Source of the DNA: a virus
Taxonomy: Duplodnaviria; Caudoviricetes
DNA length: 54,593 bases
Virus record (IMG/VR): IMGVR_UViG_3300025769_000151
Span: 1-54,593 of that record
Reading direction: 5' to 3' (one strand)
Every line of letters starts with the position of its first letter. Within the stretch, counting starts at the first letter, position 1. Below, in pieces: positions 34,353 through 42,923 of this stretch. Made by a program: the position numbers and the translations under genes. The notes beneath the pieces were generated by a model, which ran no database searches, had not been told where the DNA came from, and worked only from the letters and a program-made list of their open reading frames with translations.

Positions 34353-34453
34353 GAGTTCTGAATGTATGATGCAAGGAGTGCAAAAATGATGAGGAGGGCT
34401 ACGCACAGGATGCAGTAGCCGATGGAGTAGTCGGTGGCTTCAAGCTGAATCAT
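34349..34453 (-). CDS. 34-aa membrane peptide
   Basis: MIQLEATDYSIGYCILCVALLIIFALLASYIQNS*; ATGA overlaps at both ends. Confidence 0.55.
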   Translation of the reverse strand: MIQLEATDYSIGYCILCVALLIIFALLASYIQNS

Positions 34454-34728
34454 GCCTCGATGGTTTCGGGTTGTGCTTCCATCTCTTCCACGTAGTCGCG
34501 CCATTGTTGTGCGAAGCGGTCGATTTGCCATTGCTCGCTGATGGACACGGCTATCGCGTCGAGGAACTTGTGGTCGTCCGTGAACGTCCGAACGTGGATG
34601 GTGATGACGGGCTTGTCAGCGTTCCAATGCTCCCAACGCATCGAGGGCGAGTGCCCCTTCATGGTGAGCCAATTCAAAGCGTCTGCGAGAGTTTGAGCCG
34701 TCTCGGGGCTGTACTTTAGATGTTCCAT
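34450..34728 (-). CDS. Hypothetical protein
   Basis: 92 aa with an A/C-rich leader. Confidence 0.55.
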   Translation of the reverse strand: MEHLKYSPETAQTLADALNWLTMKGHSPSMRWEHWNADKPVITIHVRTFTDDHKFLDAIAVSISEQWQIDRFAQQWRDYVEEMEAQPETIEA

Positions 34729-34750
34729 CTTGTATGGGTTTAAGTGTTTG

Positions 34751-34817
34751 TGGTGCAGGGGGAGTCGAACCCCCGACGCCCAAGGATAACCCTCGTATAG
34801 CGTCCTCCAAGTACACC
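34751..34817 (-). ncRNA. tRNA-like element lacking a D-stem (copy A)
   Basis: Acceptor-like stem GGTGTA/TGCACC, T-arm GGGGG-TTCGACT-CCCCC, central stem GACGCT/GGCGTC; ends ACCA. Confidence 0.6.
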
Positions 34818-34844
34818 TGTGGTCTACATCCTAACTTAGTCCAC

Positions 34845-35294
34845 TTATGCGGTCAACTCAGCGACCATATCCTCTGCGATTTGCTCCTCCAAGGAGGCGA
34901 GCAACTCGGTGGCAGTCATCTGCACAGGGGCTTCGAGCAGGAACTCAACGACGGCCACAACGCGTTGGGCAAAGCGTCGCTTGGCCTTGGGTGTGTGCCC
35001 GACCTTGAAGGTGGCTTGCAATCGCTCCTCGATGTCGCGGAGGTCGATGGTTGACTTGCCGACCTTGAACTGAATGAGCACAGGGTGCGACAGGTTGGTG
35101 AAGCGTGCGCCTGTCTGCTTCTGCAAGGACAGGTAGCGGAACAAGCGGTTGAGCATCGTGCCTACGACGAGGTCGCGGGCTTGCTTGTTGTTGGTGTCGA
35201 GGTCGTAGCTGAACTCGAAGCAGTTAGACAAGGCGACTTCGTGGTTGTCGCGGGTCGTGGTGTATGCCTGAAAGGCGGTTGCAGTAAACAACAT
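34845..35294 (-). CDS. First gene of the early operon, hypothetical
   Basis: 149 aa from MLFTAT; directly downstream of tRNA-like element B. Confidence 0.6.
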   Translation of the reverse strand: MLFTATAFQAYTTTRDNHEVALSNCFEFSYDLDTNNKQARDLVVGTMLNRLFRYLSLQKQTGARFTNLSHPVLIQFKVGKSTIDLRDIEERLQATFKVGHTPKAKRRFAQRVVAVVEFLLEAPVQMTATELLASLEEQIAEDMVAELTA

Positions 35295-35328
35295 GAAATT
35301 GAAGTTTGTGTGCCGAAGCACGGGTTAG

Positions 35329-35389
35329 AACAACGGGAGGGAGTCGAACCCTCACCACCCTACCGAGGTGGCACGCCTGTGCCGTTGCT
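35329..35389 (-). ncRNA. tRNA-like element lacking a D-stem (copy B)
   Basis: Acceptor-like stem AGCAACGG/CCGTTGTT, central stem GCCACC/GGTGGT with a 7-nt loop TCGGTAG, T-arm GAGGG-TTCGACT-CCCTC. Confidence 0.6.
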
Positions 35390-35522
35390 GACGCCATGGC
35401 GGGTGGATAGCCCCGCAGTCCCAAGCTGGCTTGTATCATGGCGGTGTAGTCAATAGTGTTTGCGTTACTTCTTCCTCCATCCACGCCCTGCGGTGTCGGC
35501 TCGGGGTGTAGGTAGTTTCATC

Positions 35523-35535
35523 ATGTCAAAGAACT
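35523..35535 (-). promoter_or_regulatory. boxA-like antitermination site AGTTCTTTGACAT
   Basis: Close to the rRNA/lambda boxA consensus (GYTCTTTRAMA); lies in the leader of the long early transcript. Confidence 0.55.
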
Positions 35536-36204
35536 GCGCTCTTCGGTGAGTGGTGTGTGCCCACCATGCTTTCTGCATACATGGTGCGAGGTGCGCTCCG
35601 TGGAGCGGGTCGTTTAGTCAGCGACAGGCAGTACGTCAATAGTCCGAGGGCGGTTGCCGTTGCAACACGAGAGCCATAGTAGTATAGGGGGGTTGAGCCA
35701 CCAAATTGTCAAGCAACTTTTAGACAGAGAGCATGATTCAATCGACGAACAGCCAAATAGCTTCGACGAGAAAATCAGAATTTTAACATTTGTGTGTTTG
35801 CACAGGTCAGAAAAATGTTGTAGACGCGCGTTGCAACGTCCGTGCCAACCCCGTTGGTGGGGTCAGTTTGGGATGGTTGGACCTAGGGGATGGGGTTGTT
35901 CGGCCACCCTGCATAGGTAGTCCAACTTGCTATTGACAATTCACCGAATCGTGTTGACAAAAACGCTAGAAGTTTCTGCAATACAAACGGGTAAACCCTA
36001 CCCCCCCACTAGGAATAATCGACTTCCGTATGACGTGACGCACGTGTACACATAGACATAATCCCCACCCCACAAATATCTCAGGACTTTTTCAGGGAGA
36101 GGGTCAGGACAAGGATTGACAAATCACATGATACTATCAGGCAATGGGCTGACATGTATGTGTTTCCTTTTTGAGCTGTACAGAATCGACTTTTAGCCCA
36201 CAAG

Positions 36205-36278
36205 TACTCCCGGCAGGACTCGAACCTGCAACCTGCACATTAGAAGTGTGCTGCTCTTTCCAGTTGAGCTACGGGAGC
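36205..36278 (-). tRNA. trnR: tRNA-Arg(UCU)
   Basis: Full cloverleaf: GCTCCCG/CGGGAGT, D-arm GCTC/GAGC, anticodon arm GCACA-CTTCTAA-TGTGC, T-arm GCAGG-TTCGAGT-CCTGC. CCA is not encoded. Confidence 0.95.
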
Positions 36279-36291
36279 ATATCGTTTGACA

Positions 36292-36299
36292 CAAAGGTA
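36292..36299 (-). promoter_or_regulatory. -7 promoter box TACCTTTG for the tRNA
   Basis: TAnnTTTG on the - strand, 13 nt upstream of the tRNA 5' end. Confidence 0.6.
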
Positions 36300-36357
36300 C
36301 TTACAAGTTCTCGAGTAAACAAACACTTTGGGACTTGACTTTTTGATTTTTTTCCCG

Positions 36358-36365
36358 TAACTTTG
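36358..36365 (+). promoter_or_regulatory. -7 promoter box TAACTTTG (divergent, rightward)
   Basis: TAnnTTTG preceded by a T-rich spacer, with TTG about 20 nt upstream. Confidence 0.6.
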
Positions 36366-36537
36366 CTAAGACGAGTGGCACTCTCGACAACGAGAACACG
36401 CCCTTCGCCCCTGTGGGGAGGGTCTCGGTCGCTTCTCCTTCAGAACTGTTGCCGCGTGAGACTACACTAGCGGAATCGTAATCGCCAAGTGCCGTATCGA
36501 GGATAGCTGTACCCATTCTTGTAGTATATTTACAGCC

Positions 36538-36708
36538 ATGTACATCCCTCAGTTAGACCCTGAGTTTCTGGAGGTGCTCCTGAAAGCATCTAAGAAACAA
36601 AAGAACAATGGTTCTGCTCGTGCGCGGAGACGTGCAATGGAGAGAACCCTCAACAAATTCTACGGCAATGCAACCAGTAAAGAAGGACAAGAAGACGGGG
36701 CTTCCTAA
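36538..36708 (+). CDS. 56-aa basic protein (absent from ORF track)
   Basis: MYIPQLDPEFLEVLLKASKKQKNNGSARARRRAMERTLNKFYG...; a TATATTTA box lies 5 nt upstream. Confidence 0.45.
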   Translation: MYIPQLDPEFLEVLLKASKKQKNNGSARARRRAMERTLNKFYGNATSKEGQEDGAS

Positions 36709-37219
36709 GAAGTATCTCGACGGTTCACCAAATCCGGCGGCAAGAGCCGAAACCATCAAGGAGGGCAAGAAGGCCTACGAAGAAGGACGCAAGCTCCCCG
36801 ACAGCTACTTTGATGAACGACAGAAGTATGGTGTTGGTGGCGCAGTAGTTAGCGGCGCCTTGTTGGAGGGCATTGGTCAGGGCGCTGGTCAGGCTCTTGG
36901 AGCGGCTGGCGTGGGTGCCGTCTCAGAGTTATTGAAGAAGAGAAAGAAGAAAGAGTACAAGAAGGGTGGTAAGGTGAAGAAAGGCAAGGGGGCCAAGGAG
37001 GGTCGCAAGCCTTTGAACGCGTCCACCATCGCTTCGCTCAAGAAGAAGGCCAAGTCATCCGGCAAGTCTCTTGCCACACTCAAGAAGGTTTACCGTAGAG
37101 GTCAGGGTGCGTATCTGTCCAGTGGTTCAAGACCCAAGACAAGTATGGCAGCATGGGCCATGGGAAGGGTCAACAGCTTCATCAAGGGCTCGAAGAAGCA
37201 CGACACGGACTTACGATAA
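36668..37219 (+). CDS. Basic protein with a DUF5824-like C-terminal domain
   Basis: LKKVYRRGQGAY.SSGSRP....AWAMGRVNSF; YGVGG and YKKGG motifs. Confidence 0.65.
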   Translation: MQPVKKDKKTGLPKKYLDGSPNPAARAETIKEGKKAYEEGRKLPDSYFDERQKYGVGGAVVSGALLEGIGQGAGQALGAAGVGAVSELLKKRKKKEYKKGGKVKKGKGAKEGRKPLNASTIASLKKKAKSSGKSLATLKKVYRRGQGAYLSSGSRPKTSMAAWAMGRVNSFIKGSKKHDTDLR

Positions 37220-37225
37220 TTTTAT

Positions 37226-37233
37226 TAGATTTG
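37226..37233 (+). promoter_or_regulatory. -7 promoter box TAGATTTG
   Basis: TAnnTTTG in the intergenic gap before 37253. Confidence 0.55.
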
Positions 37234-37252
37234 TAACCTCAACAAGAACGAG

Positions 37253-37570
37253 ATGCCACAAGCAAAAAAGAAAGCCAAAACCTACAAAACCTACGCCGCT
37301 GGCGGTACGGTTAATGAGATGACCTTCGACCAAGTCAGAGAAGGCATGGCCAACGGAAGTATCAAGCTCGCCAAGAAGTCTTTTGCCTACGGAGGTAAGA
37401 TGTACAAGCAGGGCGGTAAGCCCGACTACCTCGACCTCGACAAGGACGGCAACAAGAAGGAGCTCATGAAGGACGCAGCCAGTGACGCACCTTCAGGTAA
37501 GAAGGGCATGGCAGTCCCCAAGGCTAAGAAGGGGATGCAAGTAAAGCTGAAGAAGAACAAGAAGAAGTAA
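37253..37570 (+). CDS. Small Lys-rich protein with xxGG motifs and an EF-hand-like loop
   Basis: YAAGG, FAYGG, YKQGG; DLDKDGNKKE. Confidence 0.65.
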   Translation: MPQAKKKAKTYKTYAAGGTVNEMTFDQVREGMANGSIKLAKKSFAYGGKMYKQGGKPDYLDLDKDGNKKELMKDAASDAPSGKKGMAVPKAKKGMQVKLKKNKKK

Positions 37571-38064
37571 TGCACCTTCAGGTACTCAGGTTCTCAGACA
37601 GTGGGGACTCGACTAACGGCATGTTGGTTGAGCTGCTCCCTGATGGGCGTGAGTTCCTGTGCTACACTTTGGAGGACGAAGAGCGTAAGAGGAAGAAGCG
37701 AGGCGAGACCCGAATCCCTGAGGGGACATACGACATCACGCTTCGGACCGAGGGCGGGTTTCACGCCAAGTATTCCGAGCGCTTTCCCGACATCCATGAG
37801 GGCATGCTCTGGGTGCGAGACGTTCCTAACTTTGAGTACATCCTCATCCACTGTGGCAACACCGACGAGCACACAGCAGGATGTCTTCTACTTGGTGACA
37901 GCCAAGAGAACAATCAGCTCGTGGATGATGGATTCATCGGCAAATCAACACAGGCGTACAAGAGAGTGTACCCAAAAATTCTAAAGGCACTTAACGACGG
38001 AGAGGATGTGCGCATCGAGTACATCGACCTCAATGATGTTATCATCGCAAAACTGAACTTATGA
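37570..38064 (+). CDS. DUF5675-like protein (putative Cys peptidoglycan peptidase/endolysin)
   Basis: CYTLED, TRIPEGTY, VPNFEYILIHCGNT...T.GCLLLG (His...Cys arrangement like L,D-transpeptidases). Confidence 0.75.
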   Translation: MHLQVLRFSDSGDSTNGMLVELLPDGREFLCYTLEDEERKRKKRGETRIPEGTYDITLRTEGGFHAKYSERFPDIHEGMLWVRDVPNFEYILIHCGNTDEHTAGCLLLGDSQENNQLVDDGFIGKSTQAYKRVYPKILKALNDGEDVRIEYIDLNDVIIAKLNL

Positions 38065-38564
38065 AAACTAAGAAGATGCAACAGGGCGGCATGCCCGCAA
38101 TGAACAAGATGGCTCAGCGCAAGGCGATGACCCAGAAAGCAGCAGCAGGTAGAAGCGGCACCTTCCGCGACCCCGAGCACGGCTCACCAGCTATGCCGTT
38201 GGCAGCAGACGTAGAGCGCAACTTCACTGGCACCACAGCAATGGGTGACCCATACACTGCTGACCAAGCAACAATTACTCCCGGACAGATTACAGGATAC
38301 AACGTAATCACTAACGAAGAGACTGGTGAGGTGTTCCAAGAAGCTGTGTACAGCGACCCCACCATTGACCCCGGTACTCCCGGCGCCACTATCTCTGGCT
38401 CTGGTACTGGAGGCTTTCAGACAGGTGAGGAAGGCATGATGCTCCAGAAGAGAGACATGAAGGCTGAGAAGGGCATGATGATGAAGCAGTTCAAAGAAGG
38501 CGGATTCTCCGTGATGGACCCCGCTGACTTTGTCTCAATGTTGCGGGACAACAGAAAGAAGTAA
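38061..38564 (+). CDS. Protein with an acidic core flanked by basic xxGG motifs
   Basis: KKMQQGG at the N-terminus, KQFKEGG near the C-terminus, acidic T/G-rich middle. Confidence 0.6.
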   Translation: MKTKKMQQGGMPAMNKMAQRKAMTQKAAAGRSGTFRDPEHGSPAMPLAADVERNFTGTTAMGDPYTADQATITPGQITGYNVITNEETGEVFQEAVYSDPTIDPGTPGATISGSGTGGFQTGEEGMMLQKRDMKAEKGMMMKQFKEGGFSVMDPADFVSMLRDNRKK

Positions 38565-38567
38565 GCC

Positions 38568-41500
38568 ATGAAGCTGAAGAAGCTATCGGCGACCTTCGAT
38601 GACCGGGAGCACGGCGAGAAGGCTCGCCCGCTAGGCCCTGAAGTAAAGAAGCGTGACGTTACGGCAGCTCGTGACGATTACTCTTCCTATCTGCTGTCGA
38701 ACCAACAGGCGAACCAGCAGCAGGACGATGATGATGTAATCCCACCACCAATCCCTGACCCACAGGAGCAAGAGCCTCCTCAGCTTCCGGAATCGTACAG
38801 GCAGGCTATCGACGCGTTTGAAAACGCCATTGCCCTTCAGGGAGGCAACATGGATACGTCTGGCGACGGAACGCTAGACATTCTTGACGTCGCAGGTATC
38901 ATCGACTTCTTCATGACAGTCGTTGGTCAGGGTGTGTTTGAGGGAGGGTCTAACCCGATTGGTGGACTTCAGGGCTTGTTTTGGAACTCCGACGCTTATC
39001 AGAACGCGTTTGACCTCGGCACGGGCCTCTTCTACAATCCCGGAGTAAACTATGGCGATGGAGCCACTTACTACAGCGAAACAGAAGACGGCATTGCAGA
39101 GTCACTACTGACTTGGGCAGATTACATGGCCGCTCAAGACGACGCAGACGCAAACGTCAGTGGTTTTCTTCCCATCCCGATTAACTGGGTTAACTGGATA
39201 GATACGTCTTCGTATTCTTCTGCCTTGGATGCTGTTTTTGATGCGTACCAAGGAGATGTACCCGAAGACTTCTTCGACACCCTGCTTATGAACCCACAGC
39301 CTACCGAGGCCGACCTCGAGGACTTGGGGGCGTGGTTTGATGCAAACATGTTGCCAATCATGAACATCTACGCGGATGTTTATATGCTGAACGCCACGGG
39401 AGACTCTCTTGGTTACAGTGATGGCAACTTCCAAGACATGATGGACTTCATTGAGACTCAGGGCTCTGGCCTCGGATTCTTTGATGTATCTGTCAACGAC
39501 ACGGACTACAACCCGTTCTCTGGAAACATCTTCGACGTAAACAACGACGGCACCTTCAATGGTGCTGACATCGCGGCATGGGCAGACTTTACTGAGATGG
39601 TATCTGCTGTCTCTGGCGGTGGCACTATCTCTGAAACGAACAACCTGTTCTCTCAGGCTGACATCGACCAAATCATCGAGTACTACACCTACTACGGTGC
39701 GGAGATGGCTGGGGGTAACATGTACTTCAGCGCCAACGGTGAGTGGGACAACACGCAGAACCTGTTCAACATCAACAATGTTGCAGAGAACCCACCACTC
39801 ATCTTCAACCTTTTGGACTCAGGAGATGTGGATGCGTATATTGATGAGCAAGACCAAGACGAGATTCTTGCGCTTATCCAACTGAGCTGGGCCGACCAAA
39901 GACCCGTTTGGGGCGAGGCTTACGGACTATCCGCTGGCCTTCAGTCATTGACTCCTGAGTGGTACACCGCCTTCGCAAACTCTATTCAACCTTGGATTAA
40001 CAACGGGTACGACCCCGACTACAGTCAGCAGGGCGGAGCAAGCTGGGCCACATGGGCCGCCTCAAGCGACTTCGTGTATCAAGCGACATCGTTTACTCAG
40101 CAGGTTGCAAGTTGGGTTGGTCAAAACTTATTTGACCCCGATGGCGATGGACAGTACGACCCTTCTGAACTAGACCAGTCTGTCGTAGACTACTTGATTA
40201 TGTTCCACTCTGGTGTAAACAGCGTGGCTGATATTACCCCAGAGCTCTTCAATGTCTTTACCGTAGGAGACCCACAGTCTTTCGGCGACAACTTCAGCGC
40301 GGGGGGAACTGACGCGTTAAATCTTCAAATCATGGGCGTCTACCTGCTACAGCAGCTCCCTGACTGGGTAAGCAGCGTGGGAGGCATTCCTGATTTCGCA
40401 AACATTCTCGGACAAGAACCCGGGGAGACGTACAATTACAATGCCCAAACGGCGGCGTTCGCGCTTCTGGCTCAGGTGTTTGGACACCAAAGCCAGTCCA
40501 ATACCGGATTTACGGCAACCTTTGGCACCAACTCGTCCTATCTCTCACAAGATTTCTCAGAGCTTTTCCAGTACCTAGGTTTTAGCTCCTCTGAAGCCGG
40601 AGAGCTCGAGAACTACATGCTCGATGCAGATAACGGTTTCCTAAATGATAACCAGCTGTTTGCCAACTGGCTGTATGCTGGCTTCCAAGGATTCATTGGG
40701 TTCACTGACCCGAATACAGGTCAACAACAAATCATACCTCAGGGTGAGGGTGTAATCTGGGCACCAGCAGGCTGGGAGCCGGGAGATGATTACTTCGATT
40801 ACGCGTACTATCAGAGCGAAGGTCCCTACGGCTTTGACGTACAGTTCTACAACTTCGATGTACACCTGACGTCTAGCGACTTCCTGTACTCGTACAACAA
40901 CTTTGGAGACTCTACGCTCTTCTTTGTACCACCTCCCCCACCTAACTTCATTCAAGACCCATCAGAAGGTGTCGAGGGAATCTACGGTTCAGGTGCTACA
41001 CCGGGTGCTCAAGAGGCGGGTGAATACATCGACCTACCTGATTTCTTGAACAGAACAGGGGGCATGATTGACTTCGACGGCGACGGAGATGTGGGGCTGA
41101 GCGACTTCTTTGCTCTGCACGGATGGCTTATGACTGGAGGCTACAACAACTATCAAGTAGTTGGGGAAGGCTCTGGTTGGAACAATTCTACAGTCTTTTT
41201 GGATTTTGGTATTGGGTGGTCAGCCTTTTACGGCCTACAAACTGACTCAGTCAATCAGGGCATGTACAATATCAGCTCTGCTGATTTGTGGTACGGAGGA
41301 CTCTTGACTCCTTCAAATCAAGTTGTCGGCGTACAAGGTCAACTCAGCAACCCGATTTACAGTTACAGCGGAGAAAACCCATTCATGTACCAAGGCGCTG
41401 CCTTTGGAGAGTCGGGTCAATACACTGGCTATGACCCTGCCTACGCCTTAGCTCACTTCTTGGTTTTTCAGTACGCTAACGATTACGTCAGCTCTGGAGG

Positions 41501-42923
41501 CCAAACGCCTGAGTGGTTTACGACCCTTATGGGGTCGGACCCCAATACGTTTATGGCTGCGGCTGATTGGTTTAATATGATTGACCCCGACTGGGTTAAC
41601 GCAAGCGACGCGATTGGCGCTGGCACTTTCGCTGGCGATGATGCCACTATTCAGGGCGGTCTGATGGGGAGTATCATCGTTCCGCTCCTTCAGGCAATCC
41701 TCCCTGATGAGCTGGCAATGAACTCTTACTCGGAGTTCTACTTGCAGAACGGCATCGACCCTAATCAGTTCTTTGCTCCAGCAGGACCGTACACAGGCCC
41801 TGATTCGCTCGTGCCGATTGTTACGGGAATGGGCTCTTTAGGTAGCGGGCTTGAAGAGGCCCTCGGTACCGCGTCTAGCGCCAACTTCATTTCGGAGTAC
41901 GCAATGTCTAATCCTGCTGCGATTGCGTCAATCGACTTCAATGGAGACGGTCAAATCGACGAGGCAGAAATCAACCTTTACGGTCAGCTGTATAACTTGA
42001 TTGATGAAGCGGGTATTGGCTTTGGCCCAACCGGACCCGGCAGTGATGCTATCAACTTGGGCAGCATGGCGATGGAGCTAATGGGTGCAGGTGCGGCAGC
42101 CTTTAACCTAGTCAACCAATACATTGTTGGTCAGATAATGACCAATCCTGATGTCAACACAGAGCAGGGAGCTCTGTACACTTTGTTTGAACCATTTATT
42201 CAGCTTGGTCTTTTCGGGCTTGATACGGAGGTTGACGCTGGGGGTAATGTGCAGTACTATATCACTGTACCTGTAAGCAACTTCACCAACATCTCGTCTG
42301 TTGAATACGTTGCTCAAGTCTTTGGCAACCCTAACCAATTTATCACAGAAGGTCTGATTGGAGTCATTGCAGACTCTCTGATTGATGGAGCCTACTACCT
42401 CGGTCCAGACGGAAACTACATTCAGGTAAACAACGTTTACGCTGGACTTGCGGCTCAGAACTTCTACACCAACCTCAACCAATACAACAGCACTGGCACG
42501 TACAGCGACTTTGAAAACATTGAGTTTACTGTGCTGCTCAACTACCCTGAACTCATTGAGTTTGCTGAGCAGTACGGCGGACCAGACCTCAATGGCGACG
42601 GCTTCTACACGCAAGCAGACATAGAAATGTTCTTCGACATAGTGGGCTCACAAAACGTTGCGCCGGGAACCGCTGAGTTCAATGCCTTGGACCTCAACAA
42701 CGACGGCCTTTTGACCATTGCAGACTACGCTCAGTTCAACGCGTTCTTTGGAAGCTTTGAAGGCGGAGCGGCAGGCTTGAACATTGGTGCTTACGGATAC
42801 TTTAACGATGGCATTTGGGTTGACTTTGATTACGATGACCTTGGCCCAGAAGACTACTTCGGGTCGGGATGGACGCCACAGGGATACAACACAGGAAATA
42901 CACCACCACCACCGACAACATGA
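38568..42923 (+). CDS. Hyper-acidic 1451-aa protein with multiple EF-hand/dockerin-like Ca-binding loops
   Basis: About eight Dx[DN]xDGxx[DN]xxD-type motifs; no Lys after residue 28 and no Cys. Confidence 0.75.
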   Translation: MKLKKLSATFDDREHGEKARPLGPEVKKRDVTAARDDYSSYLLSNQQANQQQDDDDVIPPPIPDPQEQEPPQLPESYRQAIDAFENAIALQGGNMDTSGDGTLDILDVAGIIDFFMTVVGQGVFEGGSNPIGGLQGLFWNSDAYQNAFDLGTGLFYNPGVNYGDGATYYSETEDGIAESLLTWADYMAAQDDADANVSGFLPIPINWVNWIDTSSYSSALDAVFDAYQGDVPEDFFDTLLMNPQPTEADLEDLGAWFDANMLPIMNIYADVYMLNATGDSLGYSDGNFQDMMDFIETQGSGLGFFDVSVNDTDYNPFSGNIFDVNNDGTFNGADIAAWADFTEMVSAVSGGGTISETNNLFSQADIDQIIEYYTYYGAEMAGGNMYFSANGEWDNTQNLFNINNVAENPPLIFNLLDSGDVDAYIDEQDQDEILALIQLSWADQRPVWGEAYGLSAGLQSLTPEWYTAFANSIQPWINNGYDPDYSQQGGASWATWAASSDFVYQATSFTQQVASWVGQNLFDPDGDGQYDPSELDQSVVDYLIMFHSGVNSVADITPELFNVFTVGDPQSFGDNFSAGGTDALNLQIMGVYLLQQLPDWVSSVGGIPDFANILGQEPGETYNYNAQTAAFALLAQVFGHQSQSNTGFTATFGTNSSYLSQDFSELFQYLGFSSSEAGELENYMLDADNGFLNDNQLFANWLYAGFQGFIGFTDPNTGQQQIIPQGEGVIWAPAGWEPGDDYFDYAYYQSEGPYGFDVQFYNFDVHLTSSDFLYSYNNFGDSTLFFVPPPPPNFIQDPSEGVEGIYGSGATPGAQEAGEYIDLPDFLNRTGGMIDFDGDGDVGLSDFFALHGWLMTGGYNNYQVVGEGSGWNNSTVFLDFGIGWSAFYGLQTDSVNQGMYNISSADLWYGGLLTPSNQVVGVQGQLSNPIYSYSGENPFMYQGAAFGESGQYTGYDPAYALAHFLVFQYANDYVSSGGQTPEWFTTLMGSDPNTFMAAADWFNMIDPDWVNASDAIGAGTFAGDDATIQGGLMGSIIVPLLQAILPDELAMNSYSEFYLQNGIDPNQFFAPAGPYTGPDSLVPIVTGMGSLGSGLEEALGTASSANFISEYAMSNPAAIASIDFNGDGQIDEAEINLYGQLYNLIDEAGIGFGPTGPGSDAINLGSMAMELMGAGAAAFNLVNQYIVGQIMTNPDVNTEQGALYTLFEPFIQLGLFGLDTEVDAGGNVQYYITVPVSNFTNISSVEYVAQVFGNPNQFITEGLIGVIADSLIDGAYYLGPDGNYIQVNNVYAGLAAQNFYTNLNQYNSTGTYSDFENIEFTVLLNYPELIEFAEQYGGPDLNGDGFYTQADIEMFFDIVGSQNVAPGTAEFNALDLNNDGLLTIADYAQFNAFFGSFEGGAAGLNIGAYGYFNDGIWVDFDYDDLGPEDYFGSGWTPQGYNTGNTPPPPTT

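Noticed and set aside
35681-35712. Sigma70-type promoter TTGACA...TATACT on the - strand
   Set aside because: The spacer is 20 bp rather than about 17, and the host appears to use TAnnTTTG promoters; it may still mark the early promoter but is not supportable.
36238-36248. Amber-suppressor reading of the tRNA (the loop contains CTA)
   Set aside because: With the 5-bp stem GCACA/TGTGC the 7-nt loop is CTTCTAA, so the anticodon is TCT; CTA is one base out of register.
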